Source of the DNA: Moniliella sp. 'wahieum'
Taxonomy: Eukaryota
DNA length: 64,000 nucleotides
Assembly (NCBI GenBank): GCA_003971905.1
Contig: RSEE01000026.1
Coordinates: forward strand, 1 to 64,000
Direction of reading: 5' to 3'
Shown: one piece after another, positions 1 to 12,304 of the stretch
How positions within the stretch are numbered: the first letter of the stretch is position 1
How the letters are laid out: every line of letters starts with the position of its first letter
Made by a program: the position numbers and the translations under genes
Notes under the pieces: generated by a model
Database searches by the model: none
Seen by the model: the letters and a program-made list of their open reading frames with translations, nothing else
What the model was told of the DNA's origin: nothing

Positions 1-106
1 CCGCGAACCGCGAACCCGAGAGAGAGAGGGGCCTAAACTAGTGAGCGCGGGGGGGGGTAAACGAATCCATTCTAGCAAGAGAGCGGCACGAGGATCCAGA
101 AAACGC

Positions 107-205
107 GAACGAGAACGAGAACGAGAACGAGAATCGGAACCAGCAAGCGAACCAGAACCAGAACCAGAACCAGGACCAGAACCAGGAGCAGGACCAGGAC
201 CAGAA
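107..205 (+). repeat. Hexamer microsatellite tracts (GAACGA)n and (GAACCA/GGACCA)n
   Basis: Directly visible tandem hexamers downstream of the kinesin stop. They generate the spurious poly-LV ORF 72..278. Confidence 0.8.
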
Positions 206-527
206 CTATGACCAGGCCCGAAGTAGAACGAGGGGGGGTATCGTCAAAGATCAGATCAAGAAAAAGAGACCAACGCAAAACGAGAGGGGGATCGAGCAGA
301 GCTAGGGCAGATGTAGAGGTAGTAGATGCGGAGCTGGATCACAATGGGTAGAAAACGGTGCAAGAGCAACGGGAAAGGGGGGAGGGGGTTCAAGTAGTGG
401 GTGGGCGGGGGCCCTAGGCTTTTCAAGTGGGTGGTCCGACTTTTGTTTTCCAGTAGGGACGGGAGGGGCGGGAGGGGCGGGAGGCACGGAGGCACGGGAG
501 GCACGAGAGGCACGGGGATGACGAAAG

Positions 528-3500
528 TTAGAGACAAAACAGCCGCGTACTCTTACGTTTCGTCACTTCCTCCAACCGAGCCGACAGAGCTTCGCGCGCT
601 TTATCGCGTGCAGCGCGTTCCTGTTCAATCTGCAATTCGAGCGCTTGACGCTGTTCCTGTACGCGCGCCTGGGTCTGGGCCAGTTCGGCAGTGGCCGCAT
701 CGACTTGAGTTTGCAACTCGCCCGATTGCGCCGCAAACGCATCGCGTTCCCGCGTCACTTCCGATACTTGCGTTCGTGCTTTGCGCAAATTGCGTTCGCT
801 GTCGTTCAAGGCCGCTTCCAGCGTAGCGACCAAATCGGACGACGGTGCGTTTCCGCTTCCAAATGCGTCAGCTTGGCTTGCAAGCGCTGGATCTCTTCCT
901 GGGCACGCTGCTGTTCTTCGGGCGGGAACGTGGCCAAGGGCGCCATCACCATGGGCGCCGGACCGGGCGAGGGGCCGACAGTGCCGGGCCCCGTGGTCGT
1001 CATGGACGATACCGAGTCGGCCAAGCTGGAAGAACGAGTGAGCGAGGCGGGCGGGACAGCCGTCGGGGTAGGTGGTGGCGGCCTGCCGGAGGCGGCGTGG
1101 GCGGCGGAGGCGGTACTTTGCCACTGCCTGACGAGGGACTGGCGCGATGCGCATGAGCATGCGCCGTATCCCACGACGTGATTCGTCCTGGTGTCGCGTC
1201 TTGCTGGTCCAGCGTCGAACGCTGCGCTTTGCCCCCGTCGAACGGAGGGATACCGCGCGCTCGGCGTGGGCAAACGTTGTTGCGCGTCACGCAACAGCGC
1301 CTCGTTGCGCGCCGCATCTGCCAAGGCTGCTTGCGCTTCGGCGCGGGACCGAGCCAAGTCGGAGCGGGCTTGAGATAAGAGGGTACGGTGGGAATCCAGT
1401 TCGGCGAGTAAGCTAGCATTGGCGGCGTTGCCGCTGCCATCGGTGCTGCCGGGCTCGTGCTGCATACCGCCCCTACTGCCCCAACTGCCCGACCCGCCGA
1501 GGGGCCCAACGAGTCGCGCAGGACGGCGAGGTCGGTGGCAAATTGGTCGCGTTCCGCTTGGGCCTCGGTCAAGGCGCCTTCGAGCACGACAAGTGCGTCG
1601 GAGGTTTCGGCGAGCTCGGCTTTGAGCATGTCCATCTCCACGGGGTCCACTTGGACTTGGAGGGACAATTGGGCGATGCGTGCCTCGTTGCGAGCGGCCG
1701 CGGCGCGCGCTTCGTCGCTTGCCTGCCGCAACGCCGCGCCCTCGTCGACCAACCGACGTACTTGGGCATCGCGCTGGGCCAGTTCGCGCGATGCGAGCCC
1801 ACCGTCTGGGCATGGCTCGGCCCAGCGCATCGAGGTCGTGGGAAGCGGTGTTACGTGCTTCCTCGAGCAAGGCAAGTTGCTTGCTGGTCTCGTCAACGTG
1901 GCGAGCGAGACGAGCCGCATGAGCCGCTTCGACCGCCTGCACCGCCTTGGCGTGCTCTTCGTCGCGACGTTGCAGCTCGGCCTCGTTGGCTTGTTTCAAC
2001 GCTGCCAGCGCCGCGGCGCCCGTCGCCTCGCCTTGCTCGCTCAGCTGGGCCAAGGCGCGCGCGTGCGTGTCCTGCAGGGCGGCGACCTCGGCCTGGGCCT
2101 GGTCCCGGTGCGTGCGTTCGGCTTCGGCCAGTGCGTCGGCATGCGCAGCTCCAGCATGGCCACTGACGCTTGGTGCTTTTCCTCCAGCGCTTGGAGCGCC
2201 GTGGCAAGCGCAGCTTGGTGAGCGTCCTCCGCTGCGCGCGTTTGGGCCGCGTGGTGGTCAAGAAGCTTGGCCTGCGCCTCGGCGTGCTGCTGCTGCAACT
2301 GGGTTAGCGCACTGGCGTGCTGTTCGTCCGAGCGAGCGACGGCGGCTTTGAGCTCGCCATGCGCCTCGGCCAGCGCGCGGGCATGCTTTTCTCCCAGCGA
2401 GGCCAGGGCAGCGTCGTGCTCCGAACGCAGCTGGGCCAGAGCGTGCTGATGGTCCTCAGCGGCCTGGGCCGCGGCCGCTTCGGCTGCTGCCTTGTCTTCC
2501 TGCTGTGCCTGACGGACGGTATCCAGCTCAGCTTGATGCGCGTCGCGCAGCTGGTCCAACGCAGCCTCGTGGTCAGTTTGCAACGCGGCCAGCGCAACGG
2601 TATGCTGCTCGGAGGTGGTGCGCAAGCGGTCCTCGTGCTCGGCTTGGAGGGTACGGTGGGCCTGGGCGAGCTGGTCAGCCTGCTTGGCCAGCGCGTCCGC
2701 TAGGGCAGCACGATGGGCCTTGTCGCGCTCTTCGACGGCACTCGCAACGGCCGCGACGGTGGCCGACGCATGCGCCGCCTCGGCGGCCTGCAGCGCGCGC
2801 GCATGCGACTCGGCCGCGTCGTCCCGGGCGCGCTGCAAGTCGAGCGCATGTTCCTCCTTGGCCTGCGCCAGCGCAGCGGCCAGGGCTGTCTCGTGGTTGC
2901 TTTGTGCCTGGTACAGCGCGTCAGCCTGCTGCGCGCGCCATTGGGCCAACGAGTTGTCCCTTTCTTCTTGCGACTGCGCCGCCCGAGCCTCGTCCTGCTC
3001 GGCGGCAGCACGAGCGGCGGCCGCCTGCGCCTCGCGCTCCCCCCGCAGCGCTTGCGCATGTGCCTCGTCCCGCGCCGCTAGCGCCGCCTTGTGCTCGGCC
3101 AAGCGCGCAGCCAACGTTGCGGCCGCCGCGGTCTCGGCGGCAGCGAGGGCGTCAGCATTTTTTATCGGCTTGCGCTTGCGCTTCGGCGTGAAGCGACTGG
3201 AGCGAGGCGGTGGTACGTGCTTGGGCTCCTCGGCGGCTTCGGTCCGCGCTTGGACCAAAGCCTGATCCGCCTGCTGCAGCTTCCTCATGGGCCGCCTTGA
3301 GACTGGCGATGGCCTGGTCGTGCTGGGTCTGCAGGGTGCTGAGTTGGTCGGCATACTTGGTCTCCATGGCCGCGAGGGCCTGGTTGTGCTCTTGGATCAA
3401 CTGAGTTTGAGCGGCGGTAGCCTGTTCGGTCTGGAGGGTGGACAAGGCAGTTTGGTGTTTGGTCTGGAGCGCGGCGATGGCCTGGGCATGGGTTTGATCC

Positions 3501-6500
3501 GACTGAGCGAGCGCACGTGCGTGGGTCGCCTGCGCTTGTTCCAGCGCATGCGCGTGCTCGGCAGCTTGCTGTGCCAGCGCGGCGTCGTGGGCCGCGGTGA
3601 GCTCGGCAAGACGAGCGGCGTGCGCCGCTTGGCTCTCTTGGTTCGCGCGCGTGGCCTGACTCAGTTGTGCTTTGGCCGCGTCGGCCTGCTCGGCCGCCTC
3701 GGCAGCGGCGACCTGCGCAATCGCATACTGTTCCTGCAGCGCACGGTGCGCTTGGGCCAACAGCGTGGCGGCATGGTCGCGCGCGGCCAAGACACGGGTG
3801 TGCGCCTGCTCTTGTTCGGCCACGTGGGCGGTATGGCGAGCGTCAAGCGCGGTCAACTGGTCCTTGTGCGTGTTTTCCTGCGTAGCGAGTTGGGCCATCA
3901 GTTGTTGCACTTGCGTCTGCATCGAGTCGCGCGACGAGGCGGATGGCGAGGCTGGGTCAGCATGCAGCGCCTCGGTCGAGCCATTGGCCACTTCGGCTGC
4001 GCCCACGGCCGCCAGCTCATCCGCCAAGGGGGTGTTGGGTTCCGTCCGACCGCGCACGGTGGCCGCAACATCGGCAGAAAGAGGACACGCCAACTTGCTG
4101 CAGCCCATCCAGCTCGTCCCCTCTGGATCAGGAGCGCTTGCAACGTGTCCCGCTCGCGTTCCAAGGAACGAATCTTACGCTGAGCCTCTTCTGCAACCGC
4201 CGCTGCCGACGATCCTGCCGCCTCGGCTCGCCCTGCCACCGTCCCGCCCACCAGGGACAAGGGTCGGCCTGGTTGGGACGAGGTGGAAGCGGAGCGGGCG
4301 TGCAAGGGCTTGGTGGGCGAGGTGGCCTCGGTGGGGCTGCCTTGGTGGGAAGCCGGTACATCGTTCAAGTCGCGTGCGGTGGAGGGCGCATCGGGTGGAC
4401 GGTAGGCGATGCCCGAGTTGGACCGACGGTGGGTAGCACGGGAGGATGGGCGCGAGGGCGTGGAGGATAGCAGCGTCGCGACCAGAGAGCGAGTTGCGCC
4501 GGGACGAGGCTGAGAATGACAGGCTGGAACGGCGACTGAGCCGGCCCTGGCTCGGCTGGTCGCTGTCTTCCCCTCCATGCAGGTCTTCCCCTCCATGCAA
4601 GAGGCGGGCAAGGTCCGGCTCGGTTCGGCTGCGCAGGGATGGGTGCCACGTTTCGCGACGGGTGCCGGTCGAATTGCGTCGCTGCAGCGCCTGGACCGAG
4701 TCGTCATTGTGGATCGAGAGTACCTCGAGCGGATCGTCAGTGCTGGAGCTGTTGCGCGTACGAGAGCTGGCGGCCGGGGTAGGCACGGACGACAGCTCGG
4801 CCACCTGCGTGGCCAACAGTTCGGCACGTTGCAACGATTCTTGGTGGGCCGATTGGGCGGTGCTCAAGTCGGCCATCGCGGCGGCATACTTGGCCTTGAT
4901 TTCAGCCAGCTCGGTGCGAACGGTGGCGAGTTCTGCCAACTCGGCACTGGATGCCGCCTCGGTGGACTGGGCAGGAGACGGAGCTTCAGGCGATGCCTCC
5001 TGCGCACCAGACGGAGCGTCAGACGAAGACTCCAGCGCGCGCGACGGAGCGTCAGGAGACGGCTCTAACGCGCGCGACGGGGTGGTCTGGGCCTGTGCCT
5101 TGGCCTGTTCCACCTCGTTCTGCAGCGCCTCGATACGTTCTTGGCGCGCATCGAGCTCAGCGAGCAACAACTTGTGGTCCTGCTTGGACGAGTCGAGGTC
5201 GTCCAAGGCGTGTGCGGCGGAGCGGTCGTGGGCCGCTTGGGTTTCCCACTGGCTGAGGCTAGCCTGGGCGGCGGCCAAGTCGGTATCGGTCTGGGCCAAG
5301 CGAGCTTCGAGTTGTTGGATGTAAGATTCGTTGTGCTGTTCGCTGTGCTGGTGCCGGGCGAGGTCCTTGCGTGCCTGGGCCAAGTTCTCGACCAGCTGCT
5401 GGTGCGCTTGCTGGGTCGTGTGCAGCCGAGTCTCCAACTCACTCGCATAGTCTGCCCCGGCGGCCTCGCGATCGGTCAACTGCACCGCGGCACTCTTCAT
5501 GTCCGCCACTTGCTCCCCCAACGTCTCGGCCAGCCGCTCCTTTTCCGCCAGCAAGTCCTCCTGCTCCACCACGTGCTGTTCCAAATCGGTAATCACATCC
5601 TCCGAGTGGCCCAGGGCGGCCTTGAGCAGATTGATCTGGCCCGTCAACACGTCGATTGACTTTTCGTACTCAAGAATCACAGGCTCGGCCGATTCGAGAA
5701 AGGTGTCCTTGCCCCACTCCTCATCGGAAAAGTCGGGGGCCATAAGATCTTGCATGGTGGACGACTGACGGCGCACGCGCTGACCCAGCCGCGTCTTGTC
5801 CATCTTGAGCTGCGCCACTTCCTGCGCCAGCTCGGCAAGGCGGTCCTGTTGGTGCCGGATGATCTCCTGGGCCTCGCGCGTGCCCGTGGGGAAGAGAGCC
5901 GAGGAGCGGAGTTTGGTGCTGCCTGCGCCGGCATGCCGACGCCGGCGCCGCACGGCCGGCACGTGCATCGAGCAGGTCACGGCGCAGCTTGGTAACGAGC
6001 ATCTGCATGTGCGCCAGGTCGTCCCACCCGGGCTCATGTTCGTTGACCTCGGCCTTGTTTTTGATGGCGCGAGCGCGCGAAGCATACTGCAACGTATTCA
6101 CCGTCTCACTCAGGTTGTACTCGGCGGGACTGACACAGGCAATCATCAACGTGTACGCGTTGCCCCCGAGTGAGTCTTGCAGCAGACGGGTCAGCTTCGA
6201 GTCGCGGTAGGGCACATGCACCGCCTTTTTCCCTTGGCCACGTCCCCCAGGGCAGAGATGACGTTGCCGAGCGCATGGAGACCCGAATTGATGCTGATGC
6301 CTTCCTTGATGCGCTCGCCTTTGGCCGCGGTCCGTTTAAGCTGTGGAAACGGCGAACGCACAGGGCGCCCCTCAGTTAGTCTTCTTGTCACGTCAAACGA
6401 TCCAGTCCCACAGGAGCGGCCAAATACAAAACAAAAAGCAGAGAAAAGAAGAGAAGCGAAAAGAGGAGGAAAGACTCACCCGTTCCGACCCGGCCAAATC

Positions 6501-7889
6501 CACAAAGTGGAACTTGCTGATGGTCGTCACCATCTCGCCTTCGGTCAAGACGTTGGTACCTTGGGATACCGACCGGGCACGGTGCCCCAAGTTGGTGATG
6601 GTCGCCTGCGAGCTGGGCGAACGGAGGGCAAACATGGACTGGCGCTTGCCCTTGCCTGCCGTGGCGCCTGGCGTAGGCGAGGGCGAAGGAGGGGGTGCAA
6701 CAGTGGAGCGGGAGAGGGCGGACTGGGGCCGCGGGATGGCGGACATGCGGTTGGCCGGGGTAGTGCGGCCGGTAGGGGTAGGGGTGGTGCGACCGGCCGG
6801 GGTACGGCGGCCGAGACTGGGCGGCGGGGACATGGTGGGGTCCGAGAAGGCCGAGGCGCTGGCCGCGACTGGCGGGGCCTGCGGGAGCTGTGGGACGGGG
6901 GAGGTCGGGGGCGAGATGGCCATGTCGGGCGTCGCCTCGGCCGGGGCAAAGGACAAGGGCGGGAGGGAGGCGGCGCGGTTGTGGGTGAGGGTGAGGCTGA
7001 AGATGGCGTGGGAGCGGGAGGACTGGGCATTCATGTCGGTCGAGTTGGTGCGACGGACGGCGTTGCCTTGGGCCAGGAGCGCCATCACATCTGCCACGCC
7101 ATGGACCGGCACCTCGTTCATGCCAGACCAGACGATCTGGCCCTTGTCCTGGCGGATCTGGACCAAGGGGCGCAGGTCGGCGGGGCGGTCGCTGTCGGCG
7201 AGGAGGTCGATGAGGTCCTCGTTGTAGAGCTCGATGAAGCTGACGCTGAGAGTATAGCTGGAGCCGGGGCGGGTATCGCGGTTGGTGTAGTAAAAGATGT
7301 CGGCAATGGCGGGGGATGATGCCGTGCCGGGCTCCCAGGCGCGGGGCTGGTCGGGGGCGGGTAGTGGGGCGGGGCAGCGGCGGTGCCCATGGTGTAGGAC
7401 TTGCCGCTGCTGGTCTGTCCATAGGCCAGGATGGTGGCGTTGTAGCCCTGGAAGAATTTGGGGATCAGGGGCTGGACCGAGTCGGCGTACACGTCGCTCT
7501 GGCCATGCTCGGGGGCGAGGACGCGGTCGTAGACATAGTCGGAGCTGGCGGCGGCGGCGGCGGTGATGGAGGCGGAGGCGGGGGCGGCGGTGCCGGGGGG
7601 GGCGGAGGGTCGACGCGGAGGCGGGTGGGGGAGTCGGCGAAGATGGCGGTGCGCTGCCAGCGGGCGGGGATGGCGGTCTGGTCGTGGGCGGTGAGGGGGC
7701 GGATGCGGACGGCGACCTGGACGGCGTTGGGGGCGGTGGGGCGGTGGGGCGGCGGGGGGCGGGGGCGGCGGGGGTCGGGGGCGGCGGCGCTGCTGGTGCT
7801 GCGGGCGTGGGTGTGGGTCGGGGGCAGGGGCGTGGTGCGGGGGCGCGAGGGCGGGCGCGCGGCGGAGGGGGGCGGGGGATGGCGGACAT
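528..7889 (-). CDS. Kinesin-4/KIF21-like motor protein with a very long Ala/Gln/Glu-rich coiled-coil tail (frameshifted, at least one intron)
   Basis: Motor motifs across frames: [30 protein letters not shown] (P-loop), [83 protein letters not shown] intron 6479..6341 with ACTAAC branch site. Coiled-coil ORFs continue to the stop at 528. Confidence 0.9.
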
Positions 7890-8295
7890 GGGGGGCGGGG
7901 AGGCGTCCCAGCGGACCCAGGCCTGGTGGAGGTGGGGCAGCAGACAGCAGCCGCCGCAGCCCCCCTGCATCTATCTGCACGGGGGCGCCGCTGTCTCGGC
8001 GGGCGCAGCGCAGCACACGGGCCCCGTGCGGCGCGCGCATCCCGCCGAGTGGCGCCTGCAGGGTGGCGTGCATGCTCACCTTCCCTTCCCCACGGCTGCC
8101 TGCCACGCTGGCACTTTACTTTTACCCGTCAACCTAAATACTCACGCGGCGCGGCGTGGCACGAGGCGGGCGAGCGCGTCGGCCGCACGACGCGAGGCGG
8201 CCCTTCTGTTCTCGGCTCTCCACTCTCCGCGCTCGGTCTCCGCTCTCCGCTCTCGGCTGTCTGCTCTGCTGCGGCGGCTCCCCCCCCCCCCCGCC

Positions 8296-9658
8296 ATGCT
8301 CAGCCCCGCGCCCCACCCGCCTTCCCCGCCAAGCGCACGCGCGCCCGCTCCTGCTCCGCCGACGCGTGGCAGCCGGTCGGGCGCACCAAGCGCATGCGCA
8401 CCAGCACCAGCACGGCCGAATCCGATGCCGCCTCGGTGCCGTCGCCGCAATCCACCGCGCCTTCTTCGCCCCCCTCGGACGAAGCGGCCATCTCAGTGGA
8501 GACGCATGGTGTGCACCGCAGCTCTCGCTCCTCGCTGCGCCTCCTGCCCCGTCCCTTCTCTCCCGCCAGCGGATGCGCACCAGGAGGCAGACGCAGACAC
8601 GCGTCGCATCACGCGCTCGGGACGGGTGCTGCGCGCCCCGGCTCGTGCTGGCCGGACGAAGGACGCGCGGGCTTCTCACTCTCTTGGCTCCGACGGCAGG
8701 GCGGACGTGCGTTCCGCCTGTTCGACCAGGAGGTGCGTCGCATGACGCGTTCGGGCCAGGTGCCGGGCGTGCACCGGCGCGAGTGCGGTCGAAGGATCGG
8801 CGGCGCGCGTCGAGCGCACCTCGGTCGGACTTGCTTGGGTTTGTGCAAGACGACGAAGACGTGTACCTGGCCCAGCTGGCTCTGGGGCGCTTGCGCACGC
8901 TGCCCGCTGGGTGCTGCAAGATGCCGACGGTGGCCCAGATTGAGCAGGAGCTGGAACGGGAAGAGGAGGCCAAGGAGGAAGAAGAGGATGTGCATGACCA
9001 AGGCTGCTCGCGCGCGCAGGGCATCATGCGAATCACACCTCGTGCCAAGGTGCACCATGTACCGGCGCGGCAAGAGCGGGATGCCGCCTCGGCCCCGCCG
9101 AGCCATGCGTTGGCGATGGGTGCGCTGGCACGGAAAACGCGCGCGGCCGAGGCGAGTCGGGTGGCGGACGACAAGTCGGGTGCAGACGGGGCCGTAGCAC
9201 CGCCGCCTAGCGATCTGCTTCGGACGCGCAAAAAGGCACTTCGGTTCGCCAAGAGTCGCATCCACGATTGGGGGCTGTACGCGCTGGAGCCGATTGCGCC
9301 GCGCCAAATGGTGATTGAGTACATTGGCGAGGTGGTGCGACAACAGGTGGCCAACGAACGCGAACGCCGCTACGAACGGTCCGGCCAATTTTCCACCTAC
9401 CTCTTTCGCGTGGACGATGATCTGGTGGTCGACGCCACCTGCAAGGGCAATACGGCCCGCTTGATGAACCATTCCTGCCGCCCCAACTGTACCGCCAACA
9501 TTGTGACCGTTCATGGCCACAAGCGCATTGTCGTGTACGCCAAAGAATGGATCCTCCCCGGACGGGAGCTGACGTACGACTACAAGTTGGCCCATTCCAG
9601 CGACGAGGATCCGATTCGGTGCCTGTGCGGAGCCAAAGGCTGCCGCGGGTTCCTGTAA
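8296..9658 (+). CDS. Compact Set1-like histone H3K4 methyltransferase (N-SET remnant, SET, post-SET)
   Basis: RKKALRFAKSRIHDWGLYA, MVIEYIGEVVR, YLFRVD, ARLMNHSC, ELTYDY and post-SET CLCGAKGCRGFL. N-SET-like DDEDVYLAQLAL and Win-like GCSRAQG. Start codon uncertain. Confidence 0.85.
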
Positions 9659-10199
9659 TTCTCCCTTCCCTGGATGTTGCTTTTTTTTTTTTTTCCCCCT
9701 CTTTTTCCGGCAGTTGTTCATACTGTGTTGTTACTCGACGCCTGGATCTCCCCTTTGCACTTTACTCTTTCTTCTGCCCTCAACAGCGCGATGGATTGCC
9801 GTCCCATCCATCTGGCCGGTACTACAGACTGTCTACCACGGGACATAACTGTGTGAGCGCGAGAGGGATGCAGTAGTAGCGTTCAAACAGTGGCAAACCA
9901 GCCTTTTTGAGATATGCAACGACGCCAGAGGCAACGGATGCAACAAGGGGGTAGGGGGGGGGGTAGGTGCCAAGGAGAGCAGGGAGGAGGAGCATGGAAG
10001 ACATAGAGATCGGGTAGGGGCCTCGATGGGCCCAAGGACGCAAAGAGAGGAATGCAGAACCATGATATCCTACTCCCTACCGCCCGCCTCCCCTCTCCCC
10101 TGAGGCTCCTCACGAACCTCGTACCACAACAAGGACCGTTCCCAACCAAAAAAGAGGGGACAACACGAGCGGCACACACGCCGAGTCTGGTCTGACCAC

Positions 10200-10795
10200 T
10201 TAGTTCTTGGTCTCCTCCTCCTGCTCCACAGCCAGGATAGCGGCGCGCTTCTCGGCGATGCGCTGGGCGCGGCGCTCGCGCATGGCCTTGTTGCGGGACC
10301 GACGGGCCTCCATCTGGTCGGCGAGGTGCTTGGAGCGGGCCTTTTCTTGGCCTTGGCCTTGTGGATGTGCTCAATGAGGACACGCTTGTTCTTGAAGACG
10401 TTACCCTTGCTCTTGAGGTAAAGCTCGTGGTAGAGGTGCTTGTCAATCTTGCCGGCCTCGCGGTACTTGCGCAGCAGGCGGCGGAGCACGCGCTGGCGGC
10501 GCATCCAAAGGATCTTGGTGGGCATGCGGGCTTCGGCCGTACCAAAGCGCTTACCGTGGCCTGTGTGGCGGCCGAGGCGCTTGGCCGCGTGCAGCGCACG
10601 CGCCCGGCCCTTGGACTGGCCCACGTCGGGCTGCTTGAGGATCTGGCCCTCGGCAACGAGCTTGCGGATGTTGGCACGGCTGTTGGCGTTCGCAATCTCG
10701 CCCTGCTCGGCCGGGTCGAGCCACACCTTGCGCTTGCCAACACCGAGCACGCTCGCCGCCAGACGCTTCTGGATCCGAAGGTTGCTGCCTGCCAT
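10200..10795 (-). CDS. RPL19: 60S ribosomal protein L19 (eL19)
   Basis: [63 protein letters not shown] frameshift near 10345 shifts the tail; the likely stop is TAA at 10202-10200. Confidence 0.95.
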
Positions 10796-11021
10796 CGTCT
10801 AGTCTTGGTGGATGGTCGACGGCCCAGCCCGCCGTCCGGCAGCCGCGACGAGCGGCACGCAACCGACGGGGGGGGGGGGGGGCAAGCCCTACACTCGCGC
10901 TGTGCCGTGCCGCAGCCTGCCGCACAGGGGGAGTATCGGTGCCAGGAATATTTTCGAGGCCGAGCGTCGCAGCACACTGGGCCTGTGCGACGCCTCGTAC
11001 GGCTGCACTGCGCCGCGGAGC

Positions 11022-11036
11022 AGGGTTGGCAACCCT
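11022..11036. promoter_or_regulatory. Telobox-like palindrome AGGGTTG-G-CAACCCT in the RPL19/RPS27 bidirectional promoter
   Basis: Perfect 7-bp inverted repeat, with related AGCCCTA and CCTAACCC words nearby. Function is inferred only. Confidence 0.4.
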
Positions 11037-11160
11037 ACTCTGCCTGGGGTGGCCCACCGCCTGGAGCGATGGGCGCGAGGATGGGAAGACGAGCGGGGGC
11101 CTAACCCGCCCGCCCCGCCCCACCACTCGTTGCTTCTTGCCGCTTGCTGCTGTGCTCAAC

Positions 11161-11501
11161 ATGGTGCGTGCTTGCGTGCCTCCTCGCTCGTGTCCGCGCT
11201 GGGGGTCGCGGTGCTGACGCTCTGCTGCTCTTCTTCTCTTCTGCTTCCTTTCTAGACTCTGGCCGTCGACCTCCTCAACCCCAGCGCCGAACAGCAGGCA
11301 CGGACGCACAATGAAGCTGCTCGTCCAGCAGCCCGCTCGTACTTCCAGGACATCAAGTGCCCTGGCTGCTTTGCCCTGACCACCGTCTTCTCCCACGCCC
11401 AGACCGTTGTTGTTTGCGGCTCCTGCTCCCAGGTCCTGGCCACCCCCACCGGTGGCAAGGCCCGTCTCACCGAGGGCTGCTCCTTCCGGCGTAAGATGTA
11501 A
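11161..11501 (+). CDS. RPS27: 40S ribosomal protein S27 (eS27), ATG-only first exon
   Basis: ATG, then intron 11164..11255 (GTGCGT...GCTGAC...CTAG), then TLAVDLLNP...[11 protein letters not shown]...[37 protein letters not shown]. Small deletions near 11310-11340. Absent from the ORF track. Confidence 0.95.
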
Positions 11502-12142
11502 AGCGTAACGCATCCCTGTTGCCGGTTTTTTTTCTGGCACGTGCTCCTCATCTTTCCTCTTCGTCATCTCCCCCTTTGCATCCCGGGGTCGGTGGGTCGG
11601 TCGTGCCTGTGGTGTGGGACCTGTTGCCCCGGATGCCTCTACGCTGTCCATCAACCCGGGGCGGCCCTGCTGCAACGGCACATACGCAACAGCAACAGCA
11701 ACAGTAACAGCAACAGCACCCTAGCGAGCCTTATACGCTTCGGCATGTCCGGCCTGGCTGCATCCCCCCTCTTCATTCTTTCCCCTTTCCCCCCCATCTT
11801 GCAGACATGTTTTGCCGTCTACGGCCCTCTAAAAAAATTGGCGCCCTGCCAACTACGCCTCGACCCCGTTTGTCTGCCATAGCATTTTTTCCTAGCCAGT
11901 TCGAACCCGCGAGGTCACCCTGGAGAAAGGCTCGCTGGTGTGGGTAGGCCAGCAGTAGCTAGGAGCTAGTTTGTTTGCCGTGCATCGAGCGCTGCGGCAA
12001 CCCAACAAACGAAAAACGAAGGAAGCGGCCGATGCAAATCGAACGGGTGGCAGTTCCAGTGAACCACCTGGAGGCTAGGGTGGGTTTTTTTTCAGTTTCA
12101 ACGTTCAACGTTCAATATTCAATGGACCATTTCCGCTGCGAA

Positions 12143-12152
12143 TGACTGACTC
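12143..12152 (+). promoter_or_regulatory. Possible Gcn4/CpcA element (TGACTGACTC) upstream of ARO2
   Basis: TGACTC core about 155 bp upstream of an aromatic amino acid biosynthesis gene. The motif is short and could be chance. Confidence 0.3.
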
Positions 12153-12304
12153 GTGGCGTGTGGAGGAACATTTGTCGATTATCTCCGTCGTCGGGCGTGG
12201 CAGTCGCCCGATTCGGGTCGGCACTTGGGCGTGAAGCGCCACCGGTTTTCTTTGTTCCACCACCCCGCACCCTTTTGCGCCGCGTTGCTGTCGTCTGCAC
12301 CAGC

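Noticed and set aside
401..5995. Long plus-strand ORFs antisense to the kinesin, and similar shadow ORFs elsewhere
   Set aside because: These are expected stop-poor shadow frames of GC-rich coding DNA and show no motifs.
10200..10795. Intronless RPL19 as a retrocopy
   Set aside because: The genome is intron-poor, there is no poly-A remnant or TSD, and the gene shares a promoter with RPS27.
11891..11965. tRNA gene suggested by GTTCGAAC
   Set aside because: No cloverleaf on either strand; acceptor, D and anticodon arms cannot be built at the right spacing.
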